Below are positions 1 to 11,300 of a DNA stretch of 64,000 bases, piece by piece (within the stretch, counting starts at the first letter, position 1; every line of letters starts with the position of its first letter). The stretch is from assembly GCA_000004985.1 (NCBI GenBank), contig GG738854.1. The stretch is one strand, 5' to 3'. A model generated the notes under the pieces. The model was not told the origin of the DNA. It saw nothing but the letters and a program-made list of their open reading frames with translations, and searched no databases. Origin of the DNA: Naegleria gruberi (lineage: Eukaryota). A program made the translations under genes and the position numbers.

Positions 1-451
1 TTTTTCAAAAAATATTATAATTTTAAATAAGTTTTTGTATTAGAAATGCTGGGTAAATGTAGTGAGAGTGTTGATGAGATTCGTCCAATGTAGAATAAGT
101 TAGACGAATGTCAGATAGATCTGGTATTAATATTATGGTTGACTGATTCGTTGCATTGCATTCGAACTGGAAAGTTAGATCAATACAACGTAACCTTGTT
201 TTCACTAAAAAGAGATCTTGTTTTAAAAACAATGTTTCCAGTATACGAAACGTTTCTAATAAGAGATCTTGAACGAATCACTGTAAACAACATGAAAAAA
301 TTAAGGCAAATCTACAGTTTTCATTCTAAAAATCTCTAATCAAAATGCATTCAATCAATTTCTTAAACAATTTATTAATAGTTTACAAATATAACTGGAA
401 CTTTGAACAAAAGGTTTTTGGCGCGAATTTGTCAAGTTCATCCCAAAAAAA

Positions 452-1495
452 ATGTTCAAACATCAAATCGAAGGAATGATGTGGTGTTTGGCTGTTGGTG
501 ATGCCTTGGGCATTCCGTTTGAATGCAAAACTTATTCAGAGATTTTAAAAATGCGGGAAAATGCGGAGGAGAAATTGGAAAATCCATATAGGAAGTGTTG
601 TGGCCATCCGTTCATTCCTGATGATTTTGAACCGGGAATGTATACGGATGATACACAATTGAGTTTGGCCATGTTTCGTGCATTGGAAAGGTATGGACAC
701 AAGTTGAGTGATCAAGTAGAATTTGAGAAATCATTAATGCCCTTAATAGTTGAGGAACATGTCAAGGAATTTGAAAAATCAATTGTTGGTTGGGGAGGCA
801 CACGTGATGCTATCAAGAGGTTACAACAGAAAACACATTCGTATAAGGATTCGGGTAATGTTGGAGCTGTTGGAAATGGAGTGATTATGAAGTTGGCTCC
901 CCTCTTCTTGTTTTATTTCAGAGAATTGAAATTGGATGAATTGACAAGAGAGGAAGCTATAGAAAAGATTGAAAATATTTCAAATGAATGGTTGAATGAC
1001 CAAGTGACTGTAATTACAAAAATGACACATGACACTCAATCATGCATTGTAACCAGTTGCTTAATGATTAGATTTGGAATGTTAATTTTACTATATGGAA
1101 AGGAATTTATCAATTTCAAGAAGGAAATCTTTTCAAATTTATTGAAATATTGTAAAGAATTGGAAATTAATGATATAGCAAAAAGTATTACAACAAGAAT
1201 TCAAACTCTAATTGATAATTTGGATGATTTGAAAGATGACTTGACTCTTGTGAACATTACTAACGGAGGAACGTTTGAAAGTGTGAATAGCTTGATGATG
1301 GTTATTGGAATCGTCATGTCTTTGCAACCAAATCAGAAACCTTTCGAACTGATTGAAAGGGCAGCATATATTGGTGGTGATTGTGATTCTAATGCATCCA
1401 TGGTTGGTGGCTTGATTGGTTCTGTGTTTGGAAAGCAAATTATTCCAGATTCGTATATTAAGCATCTTGTTTTTGATTTTGAAATTTGTGAATAA
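452..1495 (+). CDS. ADP-ribosylglycohydrolase family protein (ARH/DraG-like)
   Basis: Single 347-aa ORF. The ATG at 452 follows an A-run (ccaaaaaaaATG) and the stop is TAA. The N-terminal LAVGDALGIPFE block and the C-terminal GGDCDSNASMVGGLIG block match the two signature regions of the ADP-ribosylglycohydrolase fold. Confidence 0.75.
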   Translation: MFKHQIEGMMWCLAVGDALGIPFECKTYSEILKMRENAEEKLENPYRKCCGHPFIPDDFEPGMYTDDTQLSLAMFRALERYGHKLSDQVEFEKSLMPLIVEEHVKEFEKSIVGWGGTRDAIKRLQQKTHSYKDSGNVGAVGNGVIMKLAPLFLFYFRELKLDELTREEAIEKIENISNEWLNDQVTVITKMTHDTQSCIVTSCLMIRFGMLILLYGKEFINFKKEIFSNLLKYCKELEINDIAKSITTRIQTLIDNLDDLKDDLTLVNITNGGTFESVNSLMMVIGIVMSLQPNQKPFELIERAAYIGGDCDSNASMVGGLIGSVFGKQIIPDSYIKHLVFDFEICE

Positions 1496-1600
1496 ATTAA
1501 ACTTGTCAACAAATTGTAATTCTCATCCACTTCACACATGTCTTCCTAGAATAACAGAAGTACGTTTCGCAAAGTTTAGCTATGCTTATGAAGATTAAAT

Positions 1601-4600
1601 TCAATGTAACGTGCCAGTATCACTGTTGGAATTTTGGTAATTATTAAAATTATGTAATGATTGGAGAGGAATCAATCGGGGGAGATCATCGATTTTTTGA
1701 CATTGTGATTGTAATTCTTCCAATAAATCAATAATTTCAATAAATTCAGGTCTTTGTGAGGAATCCTGAGCCCAACATCTTTCCATGATTTGAACATATG
1801 ATTCTAAAAATCCAATAATTTCACTTTTTCCAAGATTTTCGATATGTTTCTTTGTAAAATTGTGTTCAATCCACTCATCAATTTGTTTTTCACTGAATGA
1901 TTTTGCATGCAACAGTTCTGGCCTGTGTCCTTTTGCAACTCTCATCAATATTTGGAAAACAGTTGTAGAGTTATCAATTTCATTTGAAAATGGTAATATT
2001 TCATATAATAGCTCCCACATTATTACTCCAAATGAATAAACATCCACTTTTGTGCTTTTACCTTTGTGATTATCTGAAAGTAATTCCTATAAAACAAAGT
2101 TCAACAAATCTATTTTCAATAGATACTTACAGGTGCCTATTGTATTTGTTAATGAATTCACAATAAAATACTTCCAAACTTACCATATAGAGTAAAGTTC
2201 CAACATTTGAGGTCATGGTTGCTGAATTGTTTGAAACAATTTTGCTCAATCCAAAATCTCCAACTTTTGCGTTCATAATCTTGTCCAATAAAATGTTCCC
2301 TGGTTTCAAATCTCTGTAATATTTTTGTTTAGGATAGAGTAAAACTCATAACATACCTGTGAATGATTTTGTGAGGTTTGATAGAATGTAAATATATCAA
2401 TCCTTTGGTGATATCAATCAAAATTTTAAGCTTGGTCTCAAATCTCATAATTTCTCTTCCTATTCTTGAGTTATAAATTGCCTTTTCTAGACTTCCATGT
2501 TCCATATATTCAACAACCATATATTTTCCATTGGTTGTGAGCGAAACTCCATAACAACTGACAATACAGGGATGTCTCAATGAGCTCATTAACATTGCTT
2601 CATTCTCAAACTCCTCATCATTTGAATCAGTTTTCAATTGTTTGATGGCAACATCAGTTCGATTCCACTTGGCATGGTAGATCATGCCCATTGCTCCTTC
2701 ACCAACTCTTTTTAGAATATTAATTTCTGATATTGGAATAATGTATTGTTGTCGTTTTTTTTGTGAATTAAGGATTTCCTTAGTATTAGAAGAATCTATT
2801 CCACTGTTAATACTATTTGAAGATATTAGTGGGGTGAATTCACTCTCAAATATAAATTCATTATCTGTAAACTTCCTTTCAATTTCCTTTTCAGCACGTT
2901 CTTGCTTCCTCAATTTCAACAATTTTCTTGTTATGAATATTCCTGCGTATAAAACTGCTCCAAATATAATTAAGAGTGAAATGAAACCTAATATTGCAGA
3001 GGTTAAAATAATTGCTATTGGAGAATATTCACAAATATAACCATTATCAAGCTTGTTTAAAATATAACTGTTTGGGCATGGAAGTATTTTCACTTTGACA
3101 ATTTTCTCAATGTCTGGAGTTACTATGATTGATAGAGAAAATTCTTTGGATATTTGACTTGGAAATATTTGCAAGCTCACTAATATTGTACGATTGTCAA
3201 ATAGATTATTTTGAGAAACAGTTCCATCTTCAATATTCGTTGGTCGAATAATCAACATATTCGGTTCCATCAATGATGAGGCAGTTTGATTGTAAAGATC
3301 TTTCACTAATACATTCATCTTGAATGATTCTCCAGGGTATATTTCAAGTTCATTGCCATTTTCTGTATTTCTTTCAAATTGAACTTCAACAGTTTGCAAA
3401 GGTGTCGCCACATTATTGCCATAGCATAGAGCATTATTTCCAACTATTATTTCGCCATTAACGGTCAACTGAGAGTAAATGCACCCTCCAGCATAAGCTG
3501 CAAGATTATTTTCACAAATTATATTCTTAATATAGGGAGTTACCGTGTTTATCCACATGGCCCCACCATTTTTTGCCGAGTTGTCATTAAAGGTAGAGTC
3601 AGTAAAACGAATTGAGCCAAATAATTTAGTTGTTTCAACATAAATTGCTCCACCTAAATCAGCAGTGTTTTTGGTAAATTGTGAATTTCCAATGTCTAAA
3701 TCTGTTCCATAAAGATAGAGTGTAGATCCTTTGCTTCCACCTGTATTTTCAATAAATTTACAATTTGTAATGGAAAGTGAATAGGACAACATTGTTTGAT
3801 CAAAAAATTCTAATAAAGCAGTGCCTGTTGTGAGTCTATTTTCAATAAACAAGCTATTGCGTATAAGTATTGCGATAATGCTAATAGAAGGATTATCTGT
3901 AAAGGATAAAAACCTTCCCCTATTATTTGAAACTAGACAGTTATTAATTGTTAAGGAGTCAACCATTTGTAATGAAAGCAACGCATTAGAGGCTGTATTA
4001 TTTTTAAAGGAACTGTTTGAAATTAGTATTCCAGAAATGCCAATCATTTGAAAGAGCATGTAATATTCAGTGTTTTCAATAGTTACTCCATTCAATTCAA
4101 TATTATCCAATGATATGAATAAAGCATTTGATAATACAGTAGAATTGATAATTGAAACTCTATTTCCAAGATTGAATTTCGAGATGGTCAGTAAGGAGCT
4201 TAATTTTGAGGTCCAAATAGAATTACCAATAGTAAATGTCTCAAAATTATCCATGTGAAAAACTCCATTAATTCTGCAATTATTAAATAGAACTGTTTTA
4301 GAATTTTTCAAATTAATAATTACTTCCATATTAGTGTTGAAAACGAATAGGTTTAATACTCCCACAATACTGAAATAATAATAAAAATTACAATCAATAA
4401 TCTCCAATTTTCGAATTTCCGAATGCATGACGACTGCATCTCTTGTTGTGCAATTTAACAATTTGAAATGTTCAATTCCATTATATAGTAAGAATTCCCC
4501 ACCAATGAATCCAAACTCTATTGTAAATGCATCAATAATTGCGTATGCCTGTAAATTGCCACGAGTAGTGAACAATTGCTTGTCCTTTCCTTTCCATATC

Positions 4601-5040
4601 ATTTCGAATCGATTTGCGTATTTGGAAAAATCGAAATTTGTTTCATAGCTTCGCATAAGTCCATTAATTACAATCACCATTGTGAAATTATCCAATTTTT
4701 TACCTTGATTAATTATTTCTGCCAATTCATTGTTTGCTGCTTTTACAATTTGACTCGGAGAGGAACATGGTTGATGCTCATCCCTACACGTTGCATTCAA
4801 ATCATCAACATTAGGAAATTCAGAATCTAAATAATAAATAGCTGAATATGATGATGAATTAATTGTATTGTTGGCCATTACATATTGATGATGCTCTTGT
4901 TCTTGTGGTTGGAGTACTACTACTAATTCATTATTAGCTAATATCGACTCGGACTTTGTTATTATCATCATTATCATCATCATAATAATTAAAAGCCTAA
5001 TAAATCTAAGAACCTCCGAAGAGGTGGTTATCTTGTGCAT
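1601..5040 (-). CDS. Receptor-type protein kinase with Pmp-like (GGA[ILV]/FxxN) beta-helix ectodomain, paralog 1
   Basis: Exons (minus strand) are 5040..2357, 2313..2184, 2136..2131 (microexon) and 2086..1601, with introns of 43, 47 and 44 nt (GTATGT..CAG, GTAAGT..TAG, GTAAGT..TAG). The N-terminus has a signal/anchor (LLIIMMMIMMII). The ectodomain carries repeated GGAIY, GGAMW and GGCIY plus FTKN and FNDN motifs. The transmembrane segment is IAIILTSAILGFISLLIIFGAVLYAGIF. Kinase motifs present are GEGAMGMIY, VAIK, HR|DLKPGN (split by intron 1), DFGLSK, LLYM-AP-ELL and DVYSFGVIMWELL. The first ATG is at 5040; the ORF-track 'M' at 5052 is a TTG. Confidence 0.7.
2131..2136 (-). other. Candidate 6-nt microexon (GCACCT, Ala-Pro of the kinase APE motif)
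   Basis: On the minus strand the sequence reads ...CTATATG|GTAAGT...ACAATAG|GCACCT|GTAAGT...TTTTATAG|GAATTA. The six nucleotides are flanked by a perfect acceptor and a perfect GTAAGT donor. Including them gives the canonical GTLLYM-AP-ELL motif. Skipping them is also in frame but leaves the kinase without the AP of APE. Confidence 0.45.
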
Positions 5041-5328
5041 TTTGTTTTTCAATTTTTGAATTTGATTATCCGTCGGAAGCCTTCATATTCTCTTTCTCTC
5101 TCTAGCTGTGTATTAAGATGGATTCAATAGATTGTCTGATAATTTCTTGAAGTTATCTTAAATTGTAATAGAATTTGTGCTTATTGAAATTTTTATTTTT
5201 TAATTTTATTTGATGATTCGGAAAGTTTTTTTAAAAAAAACTTGCTGCTTTAATTATTATTGAATCCTTAATTAGCCTTGAAAACTTTGAAAGTTCTCCT
5301 GTCAGAGCATGTCAACCCATCAAAAAAA

Positions 5329-5802
5329 ATGTCACAAGATAAAGAAGACTCTCTCACTGCATGGTTGAACAATATTGTTGTTGCTCTAGGTGAAGAAGAT
5401 ATAAGCAATATTAATCTTTTGCCTGTCACTGTCAGTGAGACATCAACAAACCAAACAGTTCCTGCAGGTGATAAGAAGGTTAGAAAGCGAAAGGAAACTA
5501 AACAACTACCATTCCCAAATATTCAATCAACAGACATTTCTGATGGACTTGTTTCCACTAACAGGCGAGTTTCGAATAATAACAAGTCGAGCAGCAAGGA
5601 CCAACAACAAATAGATTTGTTAAAGATTGGAAAGGGTTTCGTTCAACACACCACTTGGACTACTTCATCTGTTCTCCATGGGAAGAGAAAAGAAACTCTA
5701 GAAAATATTAGAAACTCAAAGAAGAAGAAGAAAGAAACAGTTGACCCACACGAGACGACCAAGATCTGCAATGCAAATGTGGCTCGCACATTGCATCAGT
5801 AG
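5329..5802 (+). CDS. Hypothetical basic, Ser/Lys-rich protein (possible nuclear protein)
   Basis: 157-aa ORF starting at an A-run ATG (caaaaaaaATG). It contains a KKVRKRKETK basic cluster and low-complexity S/N/K tracts. No recognisable domain. Confidence 0.3.
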   Translation: MSQDKEDSLTAWLNNIVVALGEEDISNINLLPVTVSETSTNQTVPAGDKKVRKRKETKQLPFPNIQSTDISDGLVSTNRRVSNNNKSSSKDQQQIDLLKIGKGFVQHTTWTTSSVLHGKRKETLENIRNSKKKKKETVDPHETTKICNANVARTLHQ

Positions 5803-5914
5803 TTTGACCCACTCGTTAGCGTCTTAACTATTCCAAATTTGTAAAATTAAAGGTTTCTAATAGAAATTTATTTCAAATTTAATTTTAAAAAATATTTTGC
5901 AATTTTAAAAAAAA

Positions 5915-7213
5915 ATGAATAATAATCAAAGATTTGATGTTTTGATTCTCTCCACCATTTTTTCATTTCTTCCCGCCAAAAATTATTTACTGAAAATTTG
6001 TCTTGTTTGTCGAGATTGGAATTTTTCAAATTCTTGTAAAATTAATAATCATGAGAATAATAACGATCAGAATTATCCTCTTCCGATGGTTGCACTTGAT
6101 TTATCCAACCGTAAGATTTTTGATGAAAAATTAGTAAAATTACTTGATGAGCAATTGGATCGGTATGATTGGAGAAATTTGAGAATATTAAATTTGGAGA
6201 AGAATCTTATTGAACGTATTGGTTGTTTGATGGAGACAGGGAGATCGTTGCAATTGAGTAATTTGAGAGTTTTAAATTTGAATGAAAATCAAATTGATGA
6301 GGAGTGTAGTTTGTTGTGTTGTGGTGTGGAAAATTTTATCAATTTGAAGGAATTATATTTGAGAACGAATTTTATTAGAAATATTGTTGTGAGAACGCAA
6401 TTTCCTGCTTTGGAAACGTTGGATTTGAGTGGTAATTGTATTGGAAATCAGGGAGTTGTTTCTTTATTGAAGGATGGTCTTGAAAATTTCCCAAACTTGC
6501 GAAAATTAGTGCTTTCTAATGTGGATATGAAGAGTTTGGATCCATTGCTCATGAATTGCCACAATTGCCCAAAATTGAAATGTTTAGATTTTAGTAATAA
6601 TTTTATTTATAACTCACAAACGATTCATTATAAGCATTTTAATTTTCCATTATTGGATGAGCTATATTGCTCAGCAGTTAATTCTACAGCTCGTTTACAA
6701 GAATTAATTGTGGAAAAATCACTTGATTCCTCCCTCACAACACTTGATTTATCACAATGTTATGTTGGAGAAGTTTTTTTGAAAGCTCTTTCTTTGGGAG
6801 AATTCAAGAAATTGACTAAACTCTTACTATCTAATAATGAAATTGGAAATGAGGAAGTTCTGCTATTGGGAAAACTTGACATGCCGAATCTAGTTCATCT
6901 CAATCTTGATGATAACCTAATTGGATTGGAAGGCGCTAACATCATTTCCAATTTTACTAATTTTCCTCAATTAGAATTTCTTTCCTGTAGAAAATATCCC
7001 GCAACAAAACACAAAACATTTGAAAGTTATTCATTGAATAATTTTCTTGAGGATTGCAGGGAGGAATTGGGAGAGGAATTAGAGGAGGAAGAAGAAGATT
7101 GTGAAGAGGATTATTATGGAGGTTTACGTAATTCGAAAGGAAAGGAAATTAGTTTTGTATCGTCGTTTGTTAGCTTTACTTGGACAAAAAGTGATTATGT
7201 CTATGTCTATTAA
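5915..7213 (+). CDS. F-box-like / leucine-rich-repeat (RNI-like) protein
   Basis: 432-aa ORF starting at ttaaaaaaaaATG. The N-terminus has an F-box-like segment (LILSTIFSFLPAKNYLLKICLVCRDW). It is followed by about ten LRRs of the LxxLxLxxNxI type (LRVLNLNENQI, LETLDLSGNCI, LTKLLLSNNEI, LVHLNLDDNLI). The C-terminal tail is acidic (EEEEEDCEED). Confidence 0.65.
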   Translation: MNNNQRFDVLILSTIFSFLPAKNYLLKICLVCRDWNFSNSCKINNHENNNDQNYPLPMVALDLSNRKIFDEKLVKLLDEQLDRYDWRNLRILNLEKNLIERIGCLMETGRSLQLSNLRVLNLNENQIDEECSLLCCGVENFINLKELYLRTNFIRNIVVRTQFPALETLDLSGNCIGNQGVVSLLKDGLENFPNLRKLVLSNVDMKSLDPLLMNCHNCPKLKCLDFSNNFIYNSQTIHYKHFNFPLLDELYCSAVNSTARLQELIVEKSLDSSLTTLDLSQCYVGEVFLKALSLGEFKKLTKLLLSNNEIGNEEVLLLGKLDMPNLVHLNLDDNLIGLEGANIISNFTNFPQLEFLSCRKYPATKHKTFESYSLNNFLEDCREELGEELEEEEEDCEEDYYGGLRNSKGKEISFVSSFVSFTWTKSDYVYVY

Positions 7214-7289
7214 TGGTTTAGAATAGCAACTGACTGCTATTTTGGTTTGTTTATTCCATCAAATAAACCGACATTTGACTTTAAAAAAA

Positions 7290-7895
7290 ATGAGACAAGA
7301 CAAGATAACATTCAACCCAGATAATTATTGTCTCATCTATGAAGAGGTAATGACATGCCAAGAAACAAGAAATATCTTTAAAGAATTCTTGAAGGAAAAC
7401 ATGGCGGAAGAACCACTTCTTTATTTGGACGAATGTGAAAAGTATAAAGTGGAATATGCCAAGTTGAAAGAGAAATTTAACGGTTTATCTTTGATGGTTA
7501 AAAGAAGTAGTAGTGTAGGAAATGTTTCTGATTTGGGAAACGAGACAAGTGGCAAGGAATGGGATAAAAATCAGTTGACTAAATTATTTGTGAATTTAAA
7601 AGGAATTATTGATGAGTTTATTGTGGAAGAGGCAACTAAGGAGTTGAATTTGTCGGTTAGGAAGTGGACGATAATGGAATGGCAGATAATAGAAGCAATG
7701 ATGAACGGATTCGAACAGGATTCGTCCAATTTTGAACTTTCGAATAATTTGTATAGGAAACTGGATATTAATGTGCTGTTTGAAAAGGTAGATTTAGTGG
7801 TTATGATAGATTTGAAAATGGATCAATTTCCTCGATTTATTCGTTCAAATTTAGCTCGAAAATTTCTATTAGAAAAGGGAGAACATTTCACATGA
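7290..7895 (+). CDS. RGS (regulator of G-protein signalling) domain protein, paralog A, terminating at an in-frame TGA
   Basis: ATG at 7290 (ttaaaaaaaATG). The RGS signature is present: NIFKEFLKENMAEEPLLYLDECEKYK ... KELNLSVRKW ... MIDLKMDQFPRFIRSNL. The reading frame stops at TGA 7893..7895. The aligned position in paralog B is AGA (Arg). Confidence 0.6.
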   Translation: MRQDKITFNPDNYCLIYEEVMTCQETRNIFKEFLKENMAEEPLLYLDECEKYKVEYAKLKEKFNGLSLMVKRSSSVGNVSDLGNETSGKEWDKNQLTKLFVNLKGIIDEFIVEEATKELNLSVRKWTIMEWQIIEAMMNGFEQDSSNFELSNNLYRKLDINVLFEKVDLVVMIDLKMDQFPRFIRSNLARKFLLEKGEHFT

Positions 7896-8296
7896 ACTGT
7901 GGCAATCGATATTTCGAAAGGTTTCAAAGTTGATTTGAGATTTAAACCAAAAGATTTGAAAGATAAGGAAATTAATGACAATCACATTTATTTTGGTATG
8001 TTAAATTGCAAAATTTTCATTGTTAACCATTTTTAGGATTAACCATCGTTAACATTCCAATATTTTCGTCATTCTTTTACAAACAAATGGCGATGAAAAG
8101 GACGAAAAGTATAAGGAAATCAATGATGAAAGAATTGGATCGATTAACAGATTATGGACGAAAGAAAATGGATACTAGTTCATTTGTGGATGAATTGAAT
8201 TTTAGAAAGTGTTTGGAAGAAAATTGTGTGAAATATCCGAATCGATCATGGTATAAGGAGTGGCTGGCTCTAAAACAAAATCCAACTCAATTTTAA
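7896..8296 (+). pseudogene. Post-stop continuation of RGS paralog A, still in frame and homologous to paralog B
   Basis: After the TGA the frame continues as TVAIDISKGFKVDLRFKPKDL. Paralog B has TRSIAIDVSRGFHVDIRFLPKDL at this point. A 41-nt GTATGT..TTTAG intron (7996..8036) joins this to exon 8037..8296. Its end, ...KYPNRSWYKEWLALKQNPTQF, resembles the paralog B C-terminus, KAHPQKSWYRDYLSLFHNKSL. Relative to paralog B there is an internal deletion of about 250 codons. Confidence 0.4.
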
Positions 8297-8339
8297 AGAA
8301 TTCCAATTTACAGAAAACTTAACATTTTGAAGTGTTATT

Positions 8340-11300
8340 TTAATTCATAAGAATGGAAGAACACTTATTGAGCTTGTCACAAATTTCTGCAAATGAAGGT
8401 CTTTCAACGTCCTTGTCCCAACATTTTGTCATTATTTCACACAACTCTTTCACAACAAGGGCAAGCTTCATCTCTGAATTACGAGAAGATCCAAAAATTC
8501 CTCCCTTCTCATTTTCCATCAAAAAGGAATTGACATATTCCTTCAATAAAGGATCCAATTGTTGATATCTTCTTGAAGATGAACTAATGTGATCACTGCC
8601 AGTACCTTGGAAGGAGAAATTCTTCTTGATTCTAAATGGAATTATTGGTCTCAATCCATTCACAATCTCTGTTGTAATTGAAATCATGTTAAAGTTAGGC
8701 AAGGTAATAGAATCAATTTGCTCAATATCAATGTTTGATTTCACGAGAGGAGAGTCATTTCTAAGTGGTTCCTTTTCCAATTCCACATCATCAATATTAC
8801 TATCTTCATCCAAATTAATTGGTTCGTAAGGTTTCACATTAATAAGATTCTTGTGCTTGACCATAAAATTCTTCATGGCTTCAAAACTTTCGGGACTGTA
8901 GGCACGTTCTTCAAAGAGCAATTCCCACATGATAATACCAAATGAGTAACTGTCACACTTTTCTGAATAGTCCTGACCTAAAATGAGCTCTGGAGGCATG
9001 TAAACTGGTGTGCCGATGGCTGATGTGAGTACACTTGCAGAGTCTTGAGTAAATTCTCTTCCTAATCCAAAATCACAAATCTTGGCAACATTATTTTCAG
9101 AGATGAGAATATTTTCAGGTTTGAGATCTCTGTGAATCAATGGTGGATCTAAACTATGCAAATATTTCATACCATACGCAACATCTAACAAGTAATTGAG
9201 CTTTGTTGCCAGGTTGAGTGGGGTCTTTTTCTTTTTCGAGTCGTGAATCTTCTTTCTCAATGTACCTCCACTCAAATATTCAATGACAATGAACCGATCA
9301 CTTGGTGTAATTGCAATTCCATAGAAAGTAACAATATTTGGGAATCTGAGAGTACTGAGAATATAAGCTTCCTTTTCAAAAGTAGAGTTGATTGTGTCTG
9401 TTTCTGCTTGATTGTCTTCATCATATTGAGTAATGTCAATATTAATTCTCTTGACAGCTACAGTGTTATTCATCCATTTAGCTAAAAATATTACTGATTC
9501 ACCACCTTGGCCAATTCTTTCAACAATTTGCAGGTCTTCAGGTTTGATAATCCAACTCTTATCTTGATTGAAGGAGCTATTTCCTGCTGTATCATCGTGC
9601 AAACTGTGTTTGGAAGAAATAAGTTGATATTGGAGTAATCTCTTGTGTAAATCTTCTTCTGCTTGTTCTCTCTTCTTTAATTCTTTGAGTTTCTTTTTGA
9701 AGAAGTACAAACATAATGTGGTTAATAAAATGATAAAGGTCAAACCAAGGGCAACAATAACACCGAGTGAAATGAGTAATGCATTTTGAACTGCTGAATT
9801 GAAAATACATGCCTGATCATCTACACTGTAATCAAAACTGAAAGGACAATTTGGTTCAAGGTTGACTGGGAAGTAAAATTGTTGAATAACATTCTTACAT
9901 TTAAAGTAAAGAATTAAGGTTTGATTGAGTTGTCCTTTCACTTGTACGTTACTGAAAATAGCTGTATCATTTGAGAAGGTTGTAGAAACGTGATTCTTGT
10001 AGTCTTCTGTGTTGTTAATATTAGTTGTGAAAACCAAATCAATATCTGCATTCTTGATGCTTTCCATTCTTTCATTGAACAAGTCAAACGAATCCAAGGT
10101 TATTTTCACAAATTGACCTGCATATAAATTAAAACCAGTGTACTTTTTCAAGAGAAGAGACTTGAATATACTAAGAGGAAAATCGTACGGAGTATCCTTT
10201 GGTTCCCATCCATTACTAGAAAGAGCAAAATACTTTGGATCAGAGGCATAATTGTCTCCATAAAGTTCAGCATAATTATCGTCAAAAAAAGCAGTCTTGA
10301 ATTGGCTGGCAATACGCATACTGGTTGTTCCTACGAGAAATACAGCACCTCCAGAGTTTTCTGCTCTATTGTGAAGGAAATTAATATTGCTAAATTGGAA
10401 TTTTGAATTTGGATAATCAATGTTATACAAGTACATTGCTCCACCATTGTCTGCCTTGTTATAGCTCAGAGTGATATTAGAAACTGTAGTAGAAACAGAT
10501 GAAGGAGTGAAGAGAATTGCACCTCCCATTCCTTCTTTCACTGGATTGTGGACAATTCTATTGTACTGAAATAAGGAATCTTGGATATTCAAATTAGTTA
10601 AACCATAGGCAAATACAGCACCTCCTCCTGGAGCTTGCTCAGAGTAGGCCTCTTCAGGTTTGTAAATAATTACATTTTGACTAAATTTAGAACTTCTCAC
10701 ATCCAATAAATCTCCTCTCGACACGTAAATTGCAGAACCACGAATACTGGCAACATTACCTTCAAAAGAGGAATCCTTCAAAATGAGCGAACTCCTTCTC
10801 TCTCCATAAATACCGCCAGCTCTTCCTTGTCGTGCTAGTCCATAGTTGAAGCTACTTCTCTCCACAAATGAGTATGTACTTGATTTGAGATAGAGAGCAC
10901 CTCCATATCCATCACAGGTACTGTTAAATAGAGTTGAATCGTTCAGGAAAAATTTTCCCTTCTCAATAAAAATAGCTCCTCCATCGTACTTGGAATAACA
11001 TTTAGAGAATGTGGAATAGGTAATACTTGAATAAGGAATATCCAAATACAAACATCCACCAGAATCTTGACTTGTTGCTGTTTCGAATTTTGAAGTTGTA
11101 ATTGATACAGATCCACTCTCAGAAGTGACATAGATAAAACCACCAAATGAAGAGAGGGCAGTATTGTAACCATCAGAAAATGTGGAGCGTACCAATGTGA
11201 AAACTCTATCAGTAACTCGTTCGCTTTGATCTGAAATGTAGATTGATCCTCCATGTCTCAAAGCAGTATTTCCCTTAAAATTACAACGTAAAACACTCAA

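Noticed and set aside
23-339. Small overlapping ORFs at the 5' edge of the window
   Set aside because: No start context, no recognisable motif and low-complexity translation. They are probably in the intergenic region or UTR upstream of the ADP-ribosylglycohydrolase gene.
7893-7895. TGA as a reassigned sense codon (alternative genetic code) or selenocysteine
   Set aside because: No other long ORF in the window contains an in-frame TGA, which would be implausible if TGA were a sense codon. No SECIS-like evidence can be assessed, and the aligned residue in the paralog is Arg, not Cys. A nonsense mutation or sequencing error is more parsimonious. It is retained as a finding, not as a code change.
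10943-11254. Several 60 to 120-aa ORFs antisense or out of frame inside the large receptor-kinase, cyclase and ankyrin genes (for example 2684..3040, 9243..9485, 11477..11692, 22401..22700, 50755..51075, 54791..55357)
   Set aside because: They are embedded in long, well-supported coding regions on the other strand or frame. Many of the tracked 'M' starts are TTG or GTG. No domain signal.
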